Shown: one piece after another, positions 33,112 to 40,477 of the stretch | Layout of the letters: the number at the start of each line of letters is the position of its first letter | How positions within the stretch are numbered: position 1 is the first letter of the stretch | IMG/VR virus record: IMGVR_UViG_3300011008_000187 | Direction: 5' to 3' (one strand) | DNA length: 51,544 nucleotides | Origin: a virus | Notes under the pieces: model-generated | Seen by the model: only the letters and a program-made list of their open reading frames with translations | Told to the model about the DNA's origin: nothing | The model's database searches: none | Program-made: the position numbers and the translations under genes

Positions 33112-34083
33112 TCAGGCGACGCGGATATAATAGGCGCTGCGCTTGCCGCTCCACTTGGCACCGGCGGCGCGGATCGCGTCGGCGTGCTTTTCGGTATCGC
33201 CTGCAAGCCATACCACCGGCGCGGCGGTGCCTGCGCCCTTGATAACGGCCCGCACGCCGTCCAGCTCCGTAAACCGGGCCGCTATGATCTCGGCGGCGCT
33301 TCTCATGTCCACCGGCGCGGCGGGCGTCTCGGCGGCCTGCTCCGGCGCGGCCTGCTCCGCGTGCAGCTTGTCCAGCTCGGCGCGGAGGGTGCCGATCTCG
33401 GCGGCCTGCTCGGTGATCTTGTCCAGCATTGCGGCGCGTTCGATCTCGGCGGCCTGCGCCGCGTCGCGGGCGGCGTCCAGCTCGGCGCGGATCGTTTCAA
33501 GCTCGGCGGCGTTTGTTTCGGCGGGCTTGTCCTCGGCGGCCTGCTCCGCCGTGAAAAACGCCTTGACAGCGCGGGCGGCGTCGGGCTTTGCCCGGACGGG
33601 CAGCACCATGGCGACGGCCTCCTCCCCGTCGTAAAAGACGGCGGGCGCGGCGGCGCTGTTTGCGCGGATCGTCAAGCCGGAGTAAAGCGGCGAGGTGTAA
33701 AGCTGATTGTAAAAGGCCGCAAATCCGGCGGGGCTGTAATAGCTGGAAAGCGTGCCGCCCTTGTCAACGGCAAAATCAGCCGGGCAGCGGTTCAGGGCCT
33801 CGCCCGTGCAGGCGTTCACGGTATCGCGGAAAGTTTTGATAACGTCAAAATCCGCCGGGCCTGCCTCGCGCTTTTCGCCGTTCTCAATGATCCAGTTGCC
33901 CGGATCGCATTTGGTGACGGGCTGCACCGTGGCGGCGTATTCATCCGGGCGCATACGGTACACAAAATAGCCGGTGCAGGTGTAGATCATTCCGTCCTCG
34001 TCGATCCGGCAGAAAAGCCGCCCGCCCGCGCTCTTGAGGGCCTTGCCCGCGTCGCTGCTGTAATTGCCTGTAAACTTTTTCAT
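33112..34083 (-). CDS. Hypothetical protein with central Ala/Glu coiled coil
   Basis: The ATG at 34083 follows GGGAGG. The C-terminal ..AGAKWSGKRSAYYIRV resembles the DUF3560 C-terminal module. Confidence 0.6.
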   Translation of the reverse strand: MKKFTGNYSSDAGKALKSAGGRLFCRIDEDGMIYTCTGYFVYRMRPDEYAATVQPVTKCDPGNWIIENGEKREAGPADFDVIKTFRDTVNACTGEALNRCPADFAVDKGGTLSSYYSPAGFAAFYNQLYTSPLYSGLTIRANSAAAPAVFYDGEEAVAMVLPVRAKPDAARAVKAFFTAEQAAEDKPAETNAAELETIRAELDAARDAAQAAEIERAAMLDKITEQAAEIGTLRAELDKLHAEQAAPEQAAETPAAPVDMRSAAEIIAARFTELDGVRAVIKGAGTAAPVVWLAGDTEKHADAIRAAGAKWSGKRSAYYIRVA

Positions 34084-34221
34084 GATGAAACCTCCCAAAT
34101 TTTTATTGATTTTTTCCCGCCGCCGTGTTACCATGGGAGCAAGTGAGGCGGGGCACCTGCTCCCGTTTCCTACCGTGAAATAGTCGCTTGCTGTCGAGGC
34201 GGGGCGGCTATTTCTTTTTTG

Positions 34222-34326
34222 CTATCGGGTTATGTACTCGATGCAATCGGCGATCTCCGCCGGGCTGATACCGTGCGCCTCAAGCCACTTTACCAGCCGA
34301 TTTATCAAGCGTTTGATCTTCTGCAT
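34222..34326 (-). CDS. Small HTH-like protein (34 aa), first gene of the minus operon
   Basis: MQKIKRLINRLVKWLEAHGISPAEIADCIEYITR. Strong RBS (GGAGG) 5 nt from the ATG. Below the ORF-track cutoff. Confidence 0.45.
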   Translation of the reverse strand: MQKIKRLINRLVKWLEAHGISPAEIADCIEYITR

Positions 34327-34378
34327 TATCCTCCGTTTCTCCCGTCTGTCTGACTGTTGCGTGTTTCACCGTGGCCCC

Positions 34379-34408
34379 ATAGTAACACCGTTGCGTGTCG
34401 CCTGTCAA
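34379..34408 (-). promoter_or_regulatory. Minus-strand promoter of the accessory operon
   Basis: Reverse complement gives TTGACA, 18 nt, TGtTACTAT. ACACGCAAC boxes lie in the spacer and just downstream. Confidence 0.55.
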
Positions 34409-34483
34409 GCCCCTTTTTGCATTTTTTCGCGGCTTTGTATGCTTGCACAAACACGCCACCGTGTTTTTGTGCAAGTTGCACGG

Positions 34484-34513
34484 TTGCGTGTTTCTCGCGC
34501 GATATGGTATTAT
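34484..34513 (+). promoter_or_regulatory. Plus-strand promoter of the RHH gene
   Basis: TTGCGT, 18 nt, TGgTATTAT. The -35 lies inside a GGTTGCGTGTTT box. Confidence 0.45.
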
Positions 34514-34545
34514 ATATTTACTTCCAGAGAAACGAGGGATTATAT

Positions 34546-34740
34546 ATGCCTGTATCAGAAACAAAGCGGCGGAATAATGACAAGTACAACGCGACGTGCG
34601 ATTATATCAGCATCCGCCCAAAAAAAGAGATCGGCGCGACGATCCGCGCCGCCGCCGCCGACGCCGGGCAGAGCTTGCAGGGCTATATCTTGCAGGCCGT
34701 CCGGGAACGCATGGAGCGCGACGGCGCGAAAACAGAATAA
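34546..34740 (+). CDS. Ribbon-helix-helix (Arc/CopG-like) DNA-binding protein
   Basis: 64 aa; ..ISIRPKKEIGATIRAAAADAGQSLQGYILQAVRERMERDG is an RHH pattern. Confidence 0.6.
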   Translation: MPVSETKRRNNDKYNATCDYISIRPKKEIGATIRAAAADAGQSLQGYILQAVRERMERDGAKTE

Positions 34741-34757
34741 CGCGCCCGCGCAAAATT

Positions 34758-34793
34758 GCCCGCGCAAGCTGTACGGCCTGCGCGGGCTTTTTT
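34758..34793 (+). terminator. Rho-independent terminator
   Basis: gcccgcgca ... tgcgcgggc stem followed by TTTTTT. Confidence 0.8.
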
Positions 34794-34926
34794 GTGCCTT
34801 TTTTCGGCGGCGTTTTTCGTGGCGGCGTTTTCTGTGGCCGCTGGGGGGCTGGGGGGAGATTATATATAACTATCCGGGGAATAGACCGCGCGCATAAAAC
34901 CCTTTCGCCGCGCCTCGGCAGGCCGC

Positions 34927-35036
34927 CAGCAGGCCAGCAGAGCAGGCCGCCAGCACCACCACCGGCGGCACCGGCAGAGCAGGCCAGCGGCACCACCACC
35001 GACAGCAGGCCAGCAGAGCAGGCCGCCAGCACCACC
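34927..35036. repeat. Direct repeat: perfect 34-mer twice (34927-34960, 35003-35036) with a degenerate copy between
   Basis: cagcaggccagcagagcaggccgccagcaccacc occurs twice, 76 bp apart. Confidence 0.8.
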
Positions 35037-35063
35037 GCCGACACCACCAGCAGACCAGCCCAA

Positions 35064-35205
35064 CACGCCCGCGCTCGCGCGAAATTCCAAACACGCGCCC
35101 GCCCGCGCCAGCGACGCGCCCGCGATCCAGACAACGCACGCATCCGCGCGATATTCTAAACGCGCCTGCGCCCGCGCGATCCAAAACGCGCCCGCGCCCG
35201 CGCGT
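35064..35205. repeat. Array of ACGCGCC(C/T)GCG GC-boxes separated by A-rich spacers
   Basis: ACGCGCC occurs at 35093, 35114, 35160 and 35186, and also at 34740. Spacers include gaaattccaaac, gatattctaaac and gatccaaaac. Confidence 0.65.
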
Positions 35206-35455
35206 AATAGGTTCTGCGCGTGCGCGTGCGTGTATTGCGGGTTCGGAAGCGCAAAAATTTGTTAGGTGTGAGGTGGTTTTCTCGCTTCCGGCGGGGCCGG
35301 GCCGGAAAATATAGGGGGGTCAAAAAACGCCGGAGCGGGCGAAAACGGGAGCCGAGGGACGCCGAGCGGGGCCGAAGATGGGAGCGGGAGCCGCCGGGCG
35401 GCACTGAAAATGGGAAAGCTGGGAGGAAAAGTGGGAGCAGCGGCGCGGCGGAACC

Positions 35456-35505
35456 TTGCACGCGGAGCGGGCGGCGGTGCAAACGGCGGTGCAAGTCTGG
35501 TGCAA
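35456..35505. repeat. Iteron-like GGTGCAA x3 at 11-12 bp spacing plus one inverted TTGCAC
   Basis: GGTGCAA at 35476, 35488 and 35499. TTGCAC at 35456. Confidence 0.6.
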
Positions 35506-35525
35506 GCTGCCCGGCGGCGGGCGCA

Positions 35526-35560
35526 GAAAAAGCCCCGGCGGGCGTGGTGCCTGCCGGGGC
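35526..35560 (-). terminator. Rho-independent terminator of the XRE gene
   Basis: Minus strand reads gccccggcagg...cccgccggggc followed by TTTTT. Confidence 0.7.
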
Positions 35561-35589
35561 TGCGGCGCATGGGCGGTGCGCTTTGGCTG

Positions 35590-35820
35590 TCAGTCGAATT
35601 GCAGAAACTTGTGCGGCGGAGTGTCGAGGGCTTTGCTGATCCTGAAAAGCGTGTCCATAGAAATTGCTTTGGTGATGTTCGGCGCTTCTATCTGGCCGAT
35701 GAAAGACGTGTCCACTTCCATGATCTCCGCAAGCCCCTCCTGCGTCAGTCCTTTGAGTTTCCGATAGTATGCGACCTTGAGGCCGAGCATCTTGTAGTAG
35801 TCCTTAAATTCTTCCTGCAT
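35590..35820 (-). CDS. XRE-family (Cro/CI-type) HTH transcriptional regulator
   Basis: ..LKVAYYRKLKGLTQEGLAEIMEVDTSFIGQIE is a canonical XRE HTH. Confidence 0.85.
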   Translation of the reverse strand: MQEEFKDYYKMLGLKVAYYRKLKGLTQEGLAEIMEVDTSFIGQIEAPNITKAISMDTLFRISKALDTPPHKFLQFD

Positions 35821-35854
35821 ATCCTGATCTCCTCCGCAAAATTATTATAGGCTA

Positions 35855-35883
35855 TTGCAAGGGAAATCATTATTTGGTAGAAT
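35855..35883 (+). promoter_or_regulatory. Sigma70-like promoter facing the lipoprotein gene
   Basis: TTGCAA, 17 nt, TAGAAT. A divergent TATAAT on the minus strand (35844-35849) would serve the XRE gene. Confidence 0.55.
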
Positions 35884-35947
35884 TGCAATAATTATTACCG
35901 TACAGATAATTTAGAATACCGCTGGAATAACTGTGGGAGGGCTGACC

Positions 35948-36793
35948 ATGAAAAACAGAACCGGCATTGTGATCCTGCTCGCGCTGGCCGTCGCGCTGCT
36001 GCTGGGCGGATGCTTGCAGAAGATCGAGAACCCGGCCAAGGTGCCGCGCACGAACATTGAGTTTCAGACGATGAAATATGACGGGGCGCTGTCGGAACTG
36101 GAGGCGGCGGGTTTCTCAAATATCACGGCGGAACGCAGAGAGACGGACAAGGAAGCGATTGACGGCAAGGTGTTCAGCGTTTCCGTGGGCGGAAAGACGG
36201 ATTACAAAAAGAACGCCATGTACGAAAGCAACGTGCCAGTGGTGATAACCTGCTATGCTTATGAAGCGCCGCCAGCGCCGGAGCCGGAACCGACGGAGGA
36301 ACCGGCGGCGGAGTTCGCGCCGGAGAGCTATACTGCGGACACAGCATCAATAGAACGGCTGGCGTCGGAGCTGTTCGCCTTTGATTACAGTGGCCTGACG
36401 GTGGAGTGGGACGAGTTCGACAGCGCCTTTGTCGTCTCTTTCCTGCCGGGCGCAATGCTGGACGAAACGAGTTATGTCTATCAGAGCGTCAACCGCTACA
36501 TCCACTTCTGCCAATATGCCTATCAGATCGACGGCGTGGAGCGGGTGCGCTTTGACGTGATGCTGGAGGTAGTGGATCAGTACGGGCAGACGGAGACGAT
36601 AGAGGGCGTCTCCGAGATCATGACGCGGGAAGTGTTCGAGAAATACGACTGGGGCAATCTGGCGTACATGAACATATGGGAGAGCTTTTCGGACAACTGC
36701 TATTATTTCGGCGTCAATCCCCTGCTGACGGAAAAGCTGGACACCGACAAGGTATTTTACGATCCGCTCACGCGGGATGGGAAGATCGGATAA
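35948..36793 (+). CDS. Lipoprotein (candidate lysogeny-expressed moron / superinfection exclusion)
   Basis: Signal peptide with lipobox LLLGGC, and a PASTA-like segment GALSELEAAGFSNI. Has its own promoter and terminator. Confidence 0.7.
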   Translation: MKNRTGIVILLALAVALLLGGCLQKIENPAKVPRTNIEFQTMKYDGALSELEAAGFSNITAERRETDKEAIDGKVFSVSVGGKTDYKKNAMYESNVPVVITCYAYEAPPAPEPEPTEEPAAEFAPESYTADTASIERLASELFAFDYSGLTVEWDEFDSAFVVSFLPGAMLDETSYVYQSVNRYIHFCQYAYQIDGVERVRFDVMLEVVDQYGQTETIEGVSEIMTREVFEKYDWGNLAYMNIWESFSDNCYYFGVNPLLTEKLDTDKVFYDPLTRDGKIG

Positions 36794-36813
36794 CACGCAT
36801 TTAATACACACAT

Positions 36814-36869
36814 AACACGCGCGTGCGTTGGAGCGGGAGAGTTTCAACGCGCGTGCGTGTTATTTTTTT
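36814..36869 (+). terminator. Rho-independent terminator
   Basis: aacacgcgcgtgcgttg ... caacgcgcgtgcgtgtt imperfect stem followed by ATTTTTTT. Confidence 0.65.
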
Positions 36870-36996
36870 CTCCAAAAAATTTTTTCAGAGTTAGCAGTTT
36901 TGACAGGTTTTCCGTGTTAAGGTGATAGCGTGGACAAAGTATAAAGGCTCGCGGCGGGCGCTGCGGGCTTTTCTTATGCCTGTATGGAGGTGTGAA

Positions 36997-37785
36997 ATGC
37001 CGAAGCGGAGCGAGAAGCGCGACACCGCCAAGGCTGCATACATAGCCCTGAAAAGCGAGGGGAAAAGCGTAAACCTGCGGGAGCTGGCAGAGCAACAGGG
37101 CGTAACGTATCAGCTCTTGCGGAACTGGAAAGCGGCGGACAAGTGGGACGAGGCCGTGCCGAAGCCAAAGAAGAAGCGCGGCGGCCAGCCGGGGAACACG
37201 AACAGCGCCGGACACAAGAACGCGGCGGGGAGCCATGAGGGAGCGCCGCCGGGAAACAAGAACGCGGAAAAGGACGGAGCATACAGCGCCGTCCTTTTCG
37301 ATATGCTGACGGAGCCGGAGCGGGCGGTTGCCGACGCGACACCGACGGAGAGCCGGGCCGCGCTGATCCACGAAATGAAGCTGCTGACCGTCCGCGAGCA
37401 TCGGATCATGACAAAGATCGCCATGTACGAAGCGGAGCCGGAGGACACGCTGCACCTATCCAGCGTCCTTGATATGCGCGAGCCAGCGGGACGCGGGGAC
37501 AAGAAGCAGGACGGAGCGCGGCAGCAGATGGGTATGTACACCAAGGACAGCGCCTTTAACCGCGTGATGAAATTGCAGGAGGCGCTTTACAAGGTGCAGG
37601 GGCGGATCGCCGCCATCACCAACAGCCTGCGGGCCATGGAGGAGGCCGACCGGCGCATGGAGCTGGAACGGCAGCGCCTTGAAATTCTGCGTATGCGGGC
37701 GACCGGGGCCGTGCCCGTGGGCGGGCCGGACGACGATACCGGCACAGAGTACGATCCTCTGACAGAGAGCGAGGACACGGTATGA
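36997..37785 (+). CDS. Terminase small-subunit-like protein (HTH plus GNxNA repeats)
   Basis: N-terminal HTH. GGQPGNTNSAGHKNAAG and GAPPGNKNAEKDGAYS repeats are typical of one TerS family. Confidence 0.6.
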   Translation: MPKRSEKRDTAKAAYIALKSEGKSVNLRELAEQQGVTYQLLRNWKAADKWDEAVPKPKKKRGGQPGNTNSAGHKNAAGSHEGAPPGNKNAEKDGAYSAVLFDMLTEPERAVADATPTESRAALIHEMKLLTVREHRIMTKIAMYEAEPEDTLHLSSVLDMREPAGRGDKKQDGARQQMGMYTKDSAFNRVMKLQEALYKVQGRIAAITNSLRAMEEADRRMELERQRLEILRMRATGAVPVGGPDDDTGTEYDPLTESEDTV

Positions 37786-38273
37786 CACTCTACACAAGCA
37801 AGGTGGTGGCCCAATGGCTTTGCCTATCGGAACGCCGGGTGCGGCAGCTCCGGGACGAGGGCGTGATACAGGAGGCAAGGCCGGGGCTTTACGATTTACA
37901 GCCCACCGTCGCCCGGTATATCCAATACCTCGGCGGAGCGGGAAAGGAAAACCTGAACGAAGAACGCCGGAGACTGACCGCCGCGAAGCGGGAGGCGGCG
38001 GAAATGGACAACGAGCAGCGCCGTGGCGACCTGCACAGCACGGCAGACTTTGAAAAGGGCCTCAAGACCATGCTGCTGAACGTGCGGAGCCGCTTTCTTA
38101 TTATCCCGGCGAAGCTGTCCCCGACGCTTGCCGCCGGACAGCTCACGCAGGCCAATATCTACGACCTGCTGAAACAGGCCATAGACGAGGCGCTGGAGGA
38201 AATGAGCCAGTATAACGCGGCAATGGTCGAGACGGAAAACGACGATGGACGAGAAGAAGCCGAAAGCGCATAA
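37782..38273 (+). CDS. Nu1-like terminase small subunit / DNA-packaging HTH protein
   Basis: N-terminal ..VAQWLCLSERRVRQLRDEGV..YDL...V..YI and ..RL.AAKREAAEMDN pattern, directly upstream of the GpA-type TerL. Confidence 0.55.
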   Translation: MTLYTSKVVAQWLCLSERRVRQLRDEGVIQEARPGLYDLQPTVARYIQYLGGAGKENLNEERRRLTAAKREAAEMDNEQRRGDLHSTADFEKGLKTMLLNVRSRFLIIPAKLSPTLAAGQLTQANIYDLLKQAIDEALEEMSQYNAAMVETENDDGREEAESA

Positions 38274-38415
38274 GTGCGACGGCTGCGTGTGGCGGTGCCA
38301 CACGGGATCGGACATCGTTTTTTGCCTGTTCCCGAAGTGCAGGCGGGAAGCGTACAGGCGCTATACAGGGAAGAAACGGGGTGCGAAGCGTGGAGCGGCG
38401 GAGAAAAACCATTGA
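38245..38415 (+). CDS. Small Cys-rich hypothetical protein (56 aa)
   Basis: ATG at 38245 to TGA at 38415. CDGC...C...C..C pattern. Overlaps both neighbouring genes. Confidence 0.3.
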   Translation: MDEKKPKAHKCDGCVWRCHTGSDIVFCLFPKCRREAYRRYTGKKRGAKRGAAEKNH

Positions 38416-40228
38416 GCTGCCGAAGCAAACGGCAGATATGTTCGCCCGCTGCCTCGCAGTATTGATGCCGCCGCCGGAGCTGACGCTTTCGGAGTGGGCA
38501 GACCGCTACCGGATGCTGTCGGCGGAGAGCAGCGCAGAGCCGGGCCGCTGGCATACGGACAAGGCACCGTATCAGCGGGAGATCATGGACGCCATCGGCA
38601 ATCCGCACATCCGCAAGGTTGTCATTATGTCCGCCGCGCAGATCGGGAAAACGGCCATGCTTATGAATATGCTCGGCTACTATATGCACCACTACCCCGC
38701 GCCGGTGCTGGTGATACAGCCGACGCTTGACATGGCACAGACGTTTTCCAAGGATATGCTCGCGCCGATGCTGCGGGACACGCCGGTGCTGCGCAATCTG
38801 GTGGACACCAAAAGCCGCTATTCCGGCAACACGATCCTGAAAAAGAACTTTCCCGGCGGCCACGTCTCCATCATCGGAGCGAACAGCGCGGCGGGCCTGC
38901 GTATGCGGCCCATCAAGGTGCTGCTGGCCGACGAGGTGGACGCATACCCGGCCAGCGCCGGAACAGAGGGCGATCCCCTGCTGCTGGGCCAAAAGCGACA
39001 GACGACCTTTTGGGACAAGAAAACCGTGATCGTCTCCACGCCGGGCCTGAAAGGAAGCAGCCGGATTGCCACGGAGTATGACGAAAGCACCCGCGAGGAA
39101 TGGAACGTGCCGTGCCCGAAGTGCGGACACTATCAGCCCCTCGCATGGCGCGGGATCGTCTTTGACAAAGACAATCTTTCCAAGGGCATCAAGTTCCAGT
39201 GCGAGAAGTGCGGCGAACAGTCCGGGGAATACGAGTGGAAGCGGGCAGCCCAGCGCGGGCGCTTCGTGGCCGCCAATCCGACGGCGGAAACACGGGGCTT
39301 TCACCTAAACACGCTGGCGTCGTCGTTCTGCGGCTGGAATGAGGTTGTCGAAAAGTTCCTTGTCGCCAACGAGCTTTTGAAGCTGGGCGATCCAGAGAAA
39401 ATGAAAACGTGGGTCAACACGGAGCTGGGCGAGCCGTGGGAGGAGCCGGGCAGCACGCTTGAAGAAAACGAGCTGCTTTCCCGCCGTGAAATCTACGACG
39501 CGGAGGTGCCGGACGACGTGCTGGTGCTGACCGCAGGCGTGGACGTACAGGACGACCGCTTTGAAGTGGAGGTTGTCGGCTGGGGCGTGGGTAAAGAGAG
39601 CTGGGGCATCCGCTATCAGAAAATCTTTGGGGATATGCTCAAAGAACAGGTATGGGCAGACCTCGACGCTTTCCTGCAAACACCTTTCCGCAAGGCGGAC
39701 GGCACGGTGCTGAATATCCTCGCAACGTGCATCGACAGCGGCGGCCACTACTCAACGCAGGTTTACCGCTTCACGGTGGAGCGATACGAGCGGCGCATTT
39801 GGGCCATCAAGGGAAAGGGCGGCGCGGAGGTGCCGTACATCCGTAACCCCACCACCAACAACCGCGTGAAAGCGCCGCTGTTCATCATCGGCGTGGACGC
39901 TGGCAAGGCGCTTTTGTACCAGCGCCTCAAGCACCCAACCAAGGGGCCAAACTACTGCCATTTCCCGCTGAATGAAGCGGCGGGCTATGACGAGGATTAT
40001 TTTAAGGGTCTGACGGCGGAAAAGATGGTGCAGCGTTTCAGAAAGGGCCGGGCCGTTGTGGTGTGGGAGCTGAAAGACAGCGCCCACAAGCGCAACGAAC
40101 CGCTTGACCTGCGCAACTACGCGACGGCGGCGCTGGAAATCACAAACCCGGTCTTGCAGAAGCCGGAGCCGGGAGCGGAACCGGCAAGGCGACGCGCAGG
40201 CCGTCGGCGCATATCGGAGGGCATCTAA
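38381..40228 (+). CDS. terL: Terminase large subunit, GpA (lambda) family
   Basis: LTLSEWADRYR.LS...SAEPGRW..D.APYQREIMDA and the Walker-like AAQIGKT. Start is uncertain (GTG 38381 or ATG 38438). Confidence 0.9.
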   Translation: MRSVERRRKTIELPKQTADMFARCLAVLMPPPELTLSEWADRYRMLSAESSAEPGRWHTDKAPYQREIMDAIGNPHIRKVVIMSAAQIGKTAMLMNMLGYYMHHYPAPVLVIQPTLDMAQTFSKDMLAPMLRDTPVLRNLVDTKSRYSGNTILKKNFPGGHVSIIGANSAAGLRMRPIKVLLADEVDAYPASAGTEGDPLLLGQKRQTTFWDKKTVIVSTPGLKGSSRIATEYDESTREEWNVPCPKCGHYQPLAWRGIVFDKDNLSKGIKFQCEKCGEQSGEYEWKRAAQRGRFVAANPTAETRGFHLNTLASSFCGWNEVVEKFLVANELLKLGDPEKMKTWVNTELGEPWEEPGSTLEENELLSRREIYDAEVPDDVLVLTAGVDVQDDRFEVEVVGWGVGKESWGIRYQKIFGDMLKEQVWADLDAFLQTPFRKADGTVLNILATCIDSGGHYSTQVYRFTVERYERRIWAIKGKGGAEVPYIRNPTTNNRVKAPLFIIGVDAGKALLYQRLKHPTKGPNYCHFPLNEAAGYDEDYFKGLTAEKMVQRFRKGRAVVVWELKDSAHKRNEPLDLRNYATAALEITNPVLQKPEPGAEPARRRAGRRRISEGI

Positions 40229-40465
40229 ATGGCTATTTTCAGTAAGAAACTGTGCCAAGAAAAGCTGAATACATGGCTGGCGGCGGAGGAAAGCGTCGCC
40301 ACCGGCCAGAGCTACCAGATCGGCAGCCGTATGTTGACACGGGCGGACTTGAAGCAAATCCGCGAGGAAATGGAATACTGGGCCGGAAAGCTGGCGGAAG
40401 CCGAAGCGGAAGAAAAGAGCGGCGGCAGAAATCGGCTGTGGCACGGCGTTCCCCGCGACGTGTAA
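40229..40465 (+). CDS. gpW-like head-tail joining protein
   Basis: 78 aa, between TerL and portal as in lambda. ..L..WLAAEESVATGQSYQIGSRMLTRADLKQI. Confidence 0.6.
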   Translation: MAIFSKKLCQEKLNTWLAAEESVATGQSYQIGSRMLTRADLKQIREEMEYWAGKLAEAEAEEKSGGRNRLWHGVPRDV

Positions 40466-40477
40466 GGGAGGGCGAGT

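Noticed and set aside
34596-35184. Overlapping ORFs on both strands across the repeat-rich block (34596-35159 plus, 34607-35143 and 34870-35184 minus, 35156-35570 minus and others).
   Set aside because: The translations are Arg/Ala/Pro/Gly strings that simply mirror the DNA repeats. They have no RBS, and they lie between two convergent terminators.
35239-35250. gggttcggaagc as a tRNA T-arm remnant marking an attP core.
   Set aside because: It resembles GGTTCGAATCC only partially, and no acceptor-stem complement or rest of a tRNA is nearby.
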